From: Tubulanus polymorphus
Lineage: Eukaryota; Animalia; Nemertea
DNA: 64,000 nt
Reading direction: 5' to 3'
NCBI RefSeq assembly: GCF_964204645.1
Contig: NC_134033.1
Coordinates: 6,348,231-6,412,230, forward strand
Numbering within the stretch: position 1 is the first letter of the stretch; each line of letters begins with the position of its first letter. The notes beneath the pieces are model-generated. The model was not told the DNA's origin. It did not search any database and worked only from the letters and a program-made list of their open reading frames with translations. Positions 26,601 to 38,600 of the stretch are shown piece after piece. The position numbers and the translations under genes were made by a program.

Positions 26601-29600
26601 GAGAAAATTCCAAGTTCACTCAGCTGAAAAAAGGGGCACATGGCCCGAACAACCCCCCTGGATCTGCCACTGGCTTCACTAGTAATGAGGAGTATCTGTG
26701 ATCACTTAAAGAAAATGTGCTTATGAAATGTCAATGACTGGTGTTTGTAATACATTTTCAATAAGGAATGTCTTCGGTGAAGTTCTAAACACGTCATGTG
26801 AAGTCGCAAATTGTGTAATTTGTGATAAAGTATTGTATATTTCAAGGGTGCCAGGTTCAGGCTGCAGATTGTAAATACCCCAGTAGTGGGTAAATATTTC
26901 GGTTTTTGTTTAGGGCAACAGCAAGAAGCTGCTTCGACCTCGAAAGCAACTGGACCACCGCAACAAAAGAAACGAAAAACTCTCGAAGATCTGTTCCGCC
27001 CACCGATCGACATAATGCAAAAAGGAACATTCCAGTCGGTAAGTGCAGCTCACTGCTGCAGCACAATTGGTTCAGTCCTTGATGAAAGTTTCAGAATGTT
27101 TGTACTGTCACCCTTGCTCAAGTATTTATCGGATAGTCAGATCACATTACTTGCTTCCAATCCTACTTCTTGTTCGTCAATTTACTCGGTGTAAATTGTC
27201 ATTCAGATATGTAAGTCTTCAACATAATGATGGTTTCAATTAAGACCACTGTCAAGTTTTATTGAATCAAAGGTTTCACAGAAAATCTAGTTATTCCTTT
27301 GCTTCTTTTAATTTAAGAATCTAAGCCCATGTTCAGAATTTTCAGCGGCACTTTGTTTTGATTTATTCATGTTTTGGGTGGAACTTTGAGTAAAGAATGT
27401 TTGAAAGTAGTCACTTGGTCACAGTTAGTGTCGATTGGAATATTCTTCGGACCGAGTTCATAGATGATATAAATCAGTTTGTATCTAAGCCTGGCCCCTA
27501 TTATCGGTTCAATTTTTAGCCCACTTGAGACTTTAGTCCCAGCGGGCTATTGCGTTCACTTTTCGTCCGTTCGTTCGTCCGTCCGTAGACGGAATCCAGT
27601 TATTTTGGGAAGTTTTGAAGACGCTTCAAGGTAATGTCTTGATATTTGGGTTACACATGTATCTACCCTAGACACATCTTCATCCCAAAAACTGGCCCTG
27701 TCAGAATCAAGATGGCCGACTAGCAGCCATTGTTGTTCACCAAAATCAGCACTTTTTACACATGTTTGAACTTTTTGAGGGAAATTTTGAAGACGCTTTG
27801 ATCAATTACATTGGTCTTTCGGATATATGTGAATCCCCCCAGGGCCCATCAACATAACAAAAATTGGGTCGGTCGGACTCAAGATGGCTGTCCTATGACC
27901 TTTTTAGTGCCCAAAAATGTTAATTTTGGCCCGAATTCTGAGTCCTGTAGCTTCCTACTGGTTTGCCATTTCTCATTGCAATTTGTGATGGGTATTCTAT
28001 GGAAAGGGATGTTTTATACCTGAGACAGGTATTTTTCATCAGCCAATTATGACGCAATTGGCGGCCATCTTTGTGTCACCATTACTCATTCGTAAGTGGG
28101 AAAAAGTTTTTCCACATCATATTGATACCTAAGCGTATTTTGCTACCACAATCAATTAGAAAGTTGTAGCTCATAACGTGTTCTATGATTGTGGTGAGTT
28201 TCAAGGTAATTGGATTTCGTATATGGCCACCAGGGGGCGTTGAATAATACAATATCTTAGCATTTCTTTATTATATTCGTACCTATGCATATTTTGTAAC
28301 CACAATCAATTGGAAAGTTGTAGCTCATGACATCATCTATGATTGTTGCGAGTTTTAAGGACATTAGTTTTTCTATATGGTCACCAGGGGGCGTTGAATA
28401 GTAGAATAACTTAGTATTTCCTTATCATATTGGTACCTAGGCATATTTTGTTACCATGATCTATTGCAAAGTTGTAGTTCATGACATGTTCTATGATTGT
28501 GGTGAGTTTCGAGGTCATTGGAGTTTGAATATGGTCACCAGGGGGCGTTGAATAGTAGAATGACTTAGTATTTCCATATTAAATTAGTAACGAGGCATAT
28601 TTTGTTATCACAATCAATTACAAAATCGTAGCTGCTGACATGTTCTATGATTGTGGTGAATTTCAAGGTCGTTGGTTTTTGTAAATGGTCACCAGGGGGC
28701 GTTGAATATTGAAATTGTTAGATTGTTGAGCATTTGAAACCACTTACCAAGTGGGCATGGTGTCCCTGGACCCCTAGTTTAAATTTTAACCAATCATGAA
28801 CCATATTTTAAGGTTAAATAATGAGTGTCAACTAAAATTATAGATTAGCCAGGGTTAATTTTGTAGTATCAACCAGAATTTTAGAAAACTAAACAAACAT
28901 TATTTCATTGATTTTTTTCTAGGCGAGAGATGTAGGAACGGCCAATAAGAAGTGGTTGATGGTTAATATACAGAATGTACAGGAATTCTGCTGTCAGGTG
29001 TTGAACAGGGATGTGTGGAGCAATCCATCTGTTAAATCGTTAATCAGGCAGCATTTCATATTTTGGCAGGTAATTAAATTTGGAAGTACATGTTGGTGGA
29101 GATCAGTGTAGCCTGGGCTCCCCATGCCACCTTCAAATATTTACTGTGTGAAGTCTGGCCACTAACTTTTTAAAGTGTGCTGAGTGTTCTTTGTCTAGTG
29201 CTTTTATACATGTATTATGTAATTCATCTTGAATTAAAAATGTCTGGAGACATCCTGACCATGCGCTTAGTCACAATTGACGGTATATAGGTGTCGATAA
29301 AGTGCTGAATGTTTAGGGGCATGAGTCCACTTTGCACGAAAAGCACTGAACTGCCATAAATTTTTGAAATTCTGAGCGGTTGTATATATTGTAGGTATAT
29401 CATGATAGCGAAGAAGGGCAGCGTTTTTCACAGTTTTACAAGTGCAGCGAATGGCCGTACATTGCCATCCTCGATCCTAGAACCGGGGAATTTCTCGTTT
29501 CCTGGTCAAAAATAGACGCTACATCATTTTGTGATCTCGGTGAGTATGGTGATATAACACTTTACATAAACTGTAGGAATTGCTGGCACACAAAGCTATG

Positions 29601-32600
29601 ATGTCAATCAGAAATCACATTTTCTCTAGTTTCTCTTTCTTTTGCCTAGTTACTTTATTTATAGCTATGCACCAATTTGACTATGCAACAGGCTAAATCA
29701 GCCATTTTGGAAATCCTGAAAATTCTCAGGCCGTTCGGGATATTTGTAAACCTAGAGCAAATAGTGATGTTGAATGACTAGGTCCAGTGTGACATTTTGT
29801 TGTCGTTAATTATTGGTAAAAATCCTGCATTGTTTATTTTTATATTGACTCGGAGAAATTCGCCGTTCAAGGTGGATGCCTTGGGTAGGGATATCTTAGG
29901 AGTTTCCGGAATTAAGCAAAAAGTATTCTCCCTGTCCTGGAGATGCTGATTGCACTAATTCCTGGAGTAGTGCGCATAGGGTCCGCTAGAAATGGAAAGA
30001 AATCCTACCAAGCAGGCGACTCCAGATATGAACTAACTTTAACTCCTTCAGTTGAATCCTAGCACCAAATGATGGGTTGCGGATTTAATCAGCATTTCTG
30101 AAACGATTTGATTTTCTTTTCAGTCCGAATATTTTTGTCTGAACATCCTGCCTTAGATGGCGAAAGTCCATCCAGTGAAACCAGGACCAAGGTAAGAATC
30201 AATATAAATCGTTGTTTAAATTTAATCCTTTATGTGGGCCAGTTGCTCAAAGGTCTCCTTAAGTTAACTGATTGATAGAAGACACATGATGACAATAGAA
30301 ACTGCTTTGTTGCTACAGCAATAATTATCCACTGATGTTACCAGGGGTTAGATTTTGAGGCGCGCAATCGCGCTCGCGCGCCTACGTGCACGTAAAATAT
30401 CTCGTAGAAGCGCTACTCACAGCGCACCTAAAGGCGTTTTTATTTAAGCAACTCGAATCAACACGGATCGAATCGCCCATTTATTTAAGTCTTATTCAAT
30501 AGCGTGTGCAAAATTGTAGAAAGTGTATTGATTTCCCAAAACCTTGGTGCAAAGTAGAAAGTTTATTGATTTCCCAATAACTTGTAAAATAGAGAGTAAG
30601 TATAAGTATCCTTGCAGTGTGGAGGTTCCAGCTAAAATCATCTTCTATCATGTTGCATCCTGTGTCAGATCTTGTGAGGAACCAGTTTGGGGATAACTTA
30701 CCTGCTCCATACTGAAAACTGGAAGATTTGCATGATCCACAATCTGCCATATTGTTTTCTACTGATTTGCATAAAAACTTTCCATCTTTTGGGTAATTTA
30801 ATTAACAGCATTCAAAGATGAAAGATGCCTGGAAATAGCGTTTCCAAGCCCCTAGAGTTCAAAATTATTCGCGGGGGAGGGCCCCCAGACCCCCACGAGG
30901 GACTTCGCGCCTACGGTGCTCGTTTCGTCACATTAACAAAATTCCAATTGAGCACCTAACCAAATCTAGGTGCTCAATTAGTAGAGCTCCTACAATTTTT
31001 AGAATCTAACCCCTGTGTTACGCTAACAAACTTCTGCGCAACTGGTCCCAGATGATTTGGCATTTTCGAAAATCTTTTTGGGTGATAGATATATGTCTCT
31101 GCATTGGAGGATTTTGATTGGGGGGCCATCAGGTGTTTAATCAAGAACATGAATGAGTTGACCTAGTAGATGGCCCTGTCACAACCTCAACGCATCTTTT
31201 GAATGGACAATTTGAGCTGTTCAAATTGAATGGAGTATATGTTTATGTCATCTGATAGTAAAGTTATTTTGTGTAGTAAATGATTAACAGCACAAGCTCT
31301 CTCCCATGTGATTCGTGGGAGGGAGATACTCAATTATGTAGGATTAATCAATGGCGAGGATTTTATCGAATACCAAAAATCAACCAAGAATGTGGTCAGT
31401 GGCACTCGTACATTCATGATTGGTATTACTACCTCTAGCTTATATCTCTTGTATTAGTTGTCACCCTGAGGAGAACTAACATTAGTGATACGCTTAGTGC
31501 CCAGGAGTCATCTATCATGGCAGGCACCCCGAATTGCTCCTGGATGGACAGAGGCAATGAGGATCTAGTATCTTACCCTGGGACCCTACATTGTATGCGG
31601 TTAGAACCCACAATTTGGCGTCCTTGGTTCGTACGCTCTTACCACTTGTTCGCACAGGGACTATACAGTTTTTGTTTTAGTATGTCAGTCTACTCTCATC
31701 CAATTAAGATACTACTCGGACAACTGGGACTTCTATATGACACTGTGTTTTCTTGATTTTACGCTATGAGTAATGCGTTTTAACCAACTTTGACTGTAGT
31801 TAATCAATATTAGAGGAACTTGTTATTGCGTAATGGGGTGAAAACTCTAAAGCCTACTTGACGTGAGTCCTGAGTACAGCATTACTTTTAATGATTAGTG
31901 TTCATGAAAAAGAAAAAGGTCTCTGCAGGGAGTTAGATAGAGATGCGCCAGTGGTTCAAACGCAGCCTGTTAAATGGTTAAACATCTTATTTCACAGAAC
32001 ACAATCAAGGAGAATGATTTACCATCGATCAATGACATAGAAGTTGAAGAATACATGGAATGCGTCCTAGAAGAATGCAACCAGCCCAATGATGTACAGG
32101 ACGTACAACCAGAATTGGATATTCAATTGACGGAAATCAAGATTAAAGATGAACATGATGAATGTCTTAAATGTAAAAGTGATGAACCTTTGATTCCAGT
32201 GCACGGTCATCACTGCAGTAACCACCTGGATGGATCGAAAGCGGATGGTTATGAGATCACTTCAACGAAAATCGAGAGTCAGGAAGATGGACAATGCAGG
32301 GAAAGTCTAAAAGGCAAAGATCTACCCGGTAGCCATGTCCGAAAGATGGTGGTAATTTTGAGGTCCCTTTGTCAATAGGTGAAGAAAACAATAAAAGTGT
32401 AAAAGGTGAAGATGACGGACCATTTCAAGGATGCAGTAGTGCTCGACCAAAGCGTCACTGTCGCATATTGCCAACTACCGTAAAAACCGGCGTATAAGTC
32501 GAGGTCGATTTTTAGACCTACATTTCATGATTTTAACATATATCCGGCTTATAAGTCGAGTCCCTTTTAGAAGAATAATTACTAGTATCATTGTATTGAA

Positions 32601-35600
32601 TATCGACACATACTCGAATCTCATCGGATTTCGGTTTAGGCGCGACAACAAGCGGCGAGACCCATGGCGTTGGGCCATCAACTTTCTCTATAATACCGTC
32701 ACGAAGAAGATCATCGATTTTCTATTGTAATTTATCGCATAACGCAAACGGAACTCTCCTTGCCTTTTGCGCAACCGGTTAAATGTTCTCATCTATGTGT
32801 AGTTTCGCTTGATAGTTTTTAAGTTTACTGATTCCAGAACAAATAGTTGGGTACTTTTCTGCAATGTAATCTTTCGATATCGAAGTATTACTATTATTTA
32901 ACGAATTGAGATTGAGACCAATTTTTAATACGCCCAATTTCTCCGCAGTAGATTTTCCGACTAATGTTCTGCCTTTGCCATCAATAACGAGGAATTCGCT
33001 TTCGATTGACTGATCTACTTCGATGTTCGTTCTGAATTTACCTAGTGTACATAATGGTTTCTTCGATCCATACGCGTAAAGTTTCTTTTTCACTGGTTCG
33101 GACTGACAACGAATTTTCTGACGTTTCAGATTTTTCCATGTTTCAGCATCGATAACATTTACGCTCGAACCAGAGTCGATAAGTGCTTCAATATCTATAC
33201 CGCCTACTTTGAGGTCGATTACCCCATCAGCATTAATACAATTCAAATCACTGAATTGACTACTCAGCGAAAATAAATATTCGTCATCATTTTTGAACTA
33301 CAGCGTTCCTAGTCGGACGTTTACTGTGTACACGCATTTGAGTTTTCGTTTTACAGCACTTCGCGAAGTGTCCCGACTTACCACACTTTTTACATGCTGT
33401 TTGTTCTGGACAAGATTTATCTTTCGCTATGTGACCATTTCTGCCACAACGATAACAAACATACTGCTCAGATTTACCGTTACTATTATTCGATGATTTA
33501 CGATGTGGTTTGAACCTATGCTTAGTGTCAACTTTGTTTAGTTCGCTACTATTACTACTAGTAGTAGACGGCTCTTCCATCTTTCTCGACTGAATCGTTA
33601 CGGCTTCAAAAGTACGGGCCAAATTAAGAACCGTTTCTAGGCTGACTGATTCTTCCTGTTTTAGCGAACGAAATACATGCCTCTCGAAAGATTTATTAAT
33701 TTTCGGGACAAAATAGCTATCCAACTTACGTAATGCAGCTTTGAAAATATTATCAGTTTCTCCGGTTTCTGATGGTACGAATTCGACTTCCGATAAGGAC
33801 TCAAAAATGTCCTGTACGTCCATACCTGCTGAATGTAGTAAAAGTGCTTTTTTCTGAGCGGGATTAGTAACTCCCCCTCTACGTAATTAAAGGAACGCTT
33901 TCCTCCACCTTTTCCATTGTGGGGCTGTGCTAGTAGCATCACCGGTACTGTCAAAACTTAAAATCGGCGCGACATCCATCTTTATACACCGAACGAATTT
34001 AAACGAATTGTATACAAGTTCTAACTAGATTTAACACCTACTTAACGGTTTAAACGATTACCGACACATTAAAGTTTACTCGTCGCCATTGTGGTGGTCG
34101 AGGGGACAAAGCCAGGAACCACGATTAACACCGATATAATAATACGCAGGATGATTTATTCTACAATCGCAGCCATGATGCTAAAAAACACTTCCGGTTA
34201 CACTATTTACCACAACTAACCGTAATACACTACACAAGGCATCATAGGCTTATTAGCGGGGTCGCATCCTTGGTGTTAATATTTTTTAAGAGAAACGGAA
34301 ATATGTTATTTCTGAGAGGATGAGTATCAAATTTAAAGGTTTTAACGATCTTTTTGTGGCTTGGCAACCTCAAGGGCAAGGAAATAGACAACTTTAATGG
34401 GAACGAAGGCAGGGGTCTGGAGCCCCGGACCACCCCCTAAATATGCACCTGTGTCTCACCATACGAGATTTGTGGTGATTAATGTTATTTTACCCTTTAA
34501 ATGTGTCCTACACCACACTGCTGTGTATGAATTGGTGATGGACTTTTCTAGTTCACCGCACCGCCATCTATGTAATTAGTTATTAGCACCTGTCACACAT
34601 GATAACAAATGATACACCGCAATGCAGTGTTACCACATTATAGCAGGTAGCCTATTATTCCACAAACTGGGGTTGAATTTTTTTTAAATTTCATATATCT
34701 AGCAGTTAACAATGTAGATTAGTCAGCATTGAAAGGGTTCTGAAAATCACTTTGAGATGGCAGACTCCTAGTGCTTGAGGTCGTATTATTATTTTCATCT
34801 GATGTTATCAACAGCTCGTCTTTGAACTAATGATGACCAACTAATCTGACACTGTCGCCTGGCGGTCATTATATTCATGGGTAACATGAATTATGTTAAT
34901 GATGTAAAAACAAATTATGAAGGTGTTTGTGATTTTGCTTGGAAATACATAGATGTGAATGATACCACTACAAATTATAAAGAAGTTGAATGATATCAGT
35001 ATGAATTATGAAGATATTAATGATATCACAAATTATAAAGGGGTTAATTTTATCACTGAATTAGATAGACGTTAATGATATACTGCTATGAATGTCACTA
35101 TGGATTATTAAGTTGTTATATGATGTCAATATGAATTATGAAGACATAAATGATGTCACCAAATCTTTAAGTTTATGTTAATAATGTCACAAAGATGATG
35201 ATGTCACTTAAAATTACAGAGATGTTATTGGGTTTTATTGAGATGTCCAATGGCAGGGGCGGATCTGAGGGATAATTTTGAAGAACTTGTCACATCCCCC
35301 AAAAGGACGCTTTGATGTCGAAAAAGGCAATAAAAAAGCACTAGAGAAATATGATGGATTTGCACAATTCTCGCTACTCTCCGTGGATCTGCCCATGAAT
35401 GGCTTCACTATCAATTATAAAGATGTCACTGTGAATTCTGAAGATTTTAATGATGTCAATTTTATTATAACAATTTCATTATAATGACGTCACAATTATA
35501 GAGATATGGTGTTGACAAATTATAAAGTTGGTGAAAACATAAGAGGTAGTACCATAGTCTGGTCTGCTATGAATTAAAAAGATGATATTGATTGATAATG

Positions 35601-38600
35601 TACGTACCGTATGGGTAAACACAATGATGACTTATACGTTTATAATAAAAAAGTCATGCTCATTTTTAGCCCACTTGGGACTAAAGTCCCAGCGGGCTAT
35701 TGCGTTAACTTTTCCTCCGTCCGTCGGTCCGTAGACGGAATCCAGTTATTTTGGGAACTTTTGAAGACGCTTCAAGGTAATGTCTTGATATTTGGTTTAT
35801 ACAAGTATCTACCAGTAGACACATCTTCAGCCCAAAAACTGGCCCTGTCAGAATCAAGATGGCCGACTGGCAGCCATTGTTGTTCGCCAAAATCAGCACT
35901 TTTTACACGTTTTTTAACTTTTTGAGGGAAATTTTGAAGACGTCTTGATCAATTACCTTGATCTTTCTGTTATATTTGAACCCTCCCAGGGCCCATCAGC
36001 ATAAAATAAATTGGGTCGTTTGGACTAAAGATGGTCATCCTAGGACCTTTTAAGTGCCCAAAAATTTTAATTTTGGCCCGAATTCTGAGTCCTGTAGCTA
36101 GCTTCCTACTGGTTTGCCATTCCTCATTGCAATTGCTGATGGGTATTCTTTTGAAAGGGATGTTTTATACCTGAGACAGGTATTTTTGATCAACCAATTA
36201 TGACGCACTTGGCGGCCATCTTTGTGTCATCAGTACTCATTCGTAGATGGGAAAAAGTTTTCGACATTATATTGATACCTAAGCATATTTTGTTACAACA
36301 ATGTATTAGAAAGTTGTAGCTTATAACGTGTTATATGATTGTGGTGAGTTTCAAGTTCATTGGTTTTTGTATATGGCCACCAGGGGCGTTGAATAATACA
36401 ATATCTTAGTATTTCTACTTTATATTTGTATCAATACATATTTTGTTACCACAATCAATTGCAAAGTAGTAGCTCATGATATTGTCTATGATTATGGTGA
36501 GTTTTAAGGAAATTAATTATTCTTTATGTACACCAGGGGGCGTTGCTACTATTTCCTTATTATATTGGTACCTAGGCATATTTTGTTACTATGATCAATT
36601 GCAAAGTTGTAGTTCGTGACATGATCTATGATTGTGGTGAGTTACAAGGTTATTGGGTTTTAAATATGGTTACCAGGGGGTGTTAAATAGTAGAATTACT
36701 TAGTATTTCCATATTAAATTAGTAACAAGGCATATTTTGTTGTCACAATCAATTACAAAATCGTAGCTGCTGACATTTTCTATGATTGTGGTGAGTTTCA
36801 AGGTCATTGGTTTTTGTTTATGGTCACCAAGGGCGTTGAATATTGAAATTGTTAGATTGTTGAGCATTTGAAACCACTTCCCAAGTGGCCATGGCGTCCA
36901 TGAACTTAAAGCTCTTGATATCAAAATCCATAGTATCACCAACAGCAGGAATTAACTCATCAATCAAGTCCTCACAGTTTTATGCCCTAAAATTCTGCAG
37001 ATAATCTGAACATTTTGAAGACCTGCACCTCAGAGCGTTATTAAAAGGACCTAGATCTCTATATTACTTGTTACCAGGAACAGCTAAGAGAGAATGATTC
37101 CTTCAACTGACAAACAGTTTATTTAGCTTCTAGAAGTATTCGTTCCTAGCACATCCACTGTCAACATTAGTTGAAAAATGTGGAAAAAATTATTTATCGG
37201 TTCCTCTGAAAATATTCAACATAACAAATCCCAAGAGCGCTCTTGGATACATGTTCTTCAATTTATAACACCCGTGAGCCTCTTGTTTACCTCTAATCAT
37301 TGACTACAAAGTCAAGAAAATATATACATAAATTATAGAAACAGAACTATTTAACCCTTAACCTGCCGGCTGCTTTAATGTTAAGTCCTGTCTGTGCCAG
37401 GTGATTTGCGTGTTAATGAAATTTACTCATCAAATCCCCGACTTCCAAACTATTGTATATAGGGTATTGAAACTTCACAAAGTTGTAGTTTATAGTCATA
37501 GCCACGGGATAGTGCTGAAAAATTTAACTTCCGATTTTTGAAAGAGGGGGTCCACTGGGTGGGGTCATTTTTGGGGGTCAAGCGCAAAACGACCCCCTAG
37601 AAAGTCAGAATACTCACGATTTCGTGTTACATTGTTGATATTCATAAATAAAGACTCCGTAGATTACTATATCCATCATTAAAACCTTTATTATCCTACT
37701 TATTACAGTCTAAATGTCTGAATCTTCACTAAAATCCCAAAATATCAAATTTACGGGCTGTTTTTGAGGTGAAAATTCTTCAAAATATCAAAATGAGAAA
37801 TTACTTCCGGGTTCAGATTCGCGAGTATCGGACTTGTATTTTCATACTAGATAATCACTTGTACTTTTTCTCATATACAGCAGTTGGTGAGTATCGTTGA
37901 TGCTAGCGAGGACAGTCAAATGGCAGCCGCGATTCGTGCGTCACTCGAGGAAACGACAAGTCCGGTCGCGTCCACCCAACCATCGGTAATCGTAGAATCG
38001 GACAGCGATTCTGAACCAGATAGTGAAGTGGATCTAGAGACGTTTACCGATTCCGATTCGGAAGTGCCGACTCCGCACAAAATACGGACTTCACCATCGA
38101 AGAAAAGCACCACTTGTTCGTCGGCGAGTAGTAGCGGACTCGTGAAGCGAAATCTCGCAGATTCCGGTAGTTTAGACTCTTTAAATAATGTAATTAGTTC
38201 ATGTTCGGCATCGAAGGCAGTGCAGATGTCACCAAAGGCAGAGCAGACATCAGGGAGGACAGCGCAGACGTCTACTCTAGCTCGAGATCTCTCCAGCCGG
38301 GTGCCAGTTTACGATCAATCATCATCGGACAGTGTTATTAGTGTTTCTAGTTCATCGTCGATGAATAATGAAAAAACTCCGTCTTGGAAAAAGTTCCTGG
38401 GAAAAGATGAAGGTATGTTCGCACGTGTCAGTGACTATGATAGGCCTATCAGCATCTGGAAGTATACAAAACTTCAGAAATATTTGATTCATCTTCGGTG
38501 GCAATTCGTCTTCAGATTTCATGTGAAAACTTAACAAATTATCATTTTGTGTCAAAGTTAAAAACCGCCTGATTTAGGATCAGTTTAATTTCAGATTTTG

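Noticed and set aside
28100-28740. Regularly spaced conserved motif suggesting a CRISPR array
   Set aside because: The sequences between motifs are homologous to each other (154-bp tandem units), the context is eukaryotic, and there are no cas genes.
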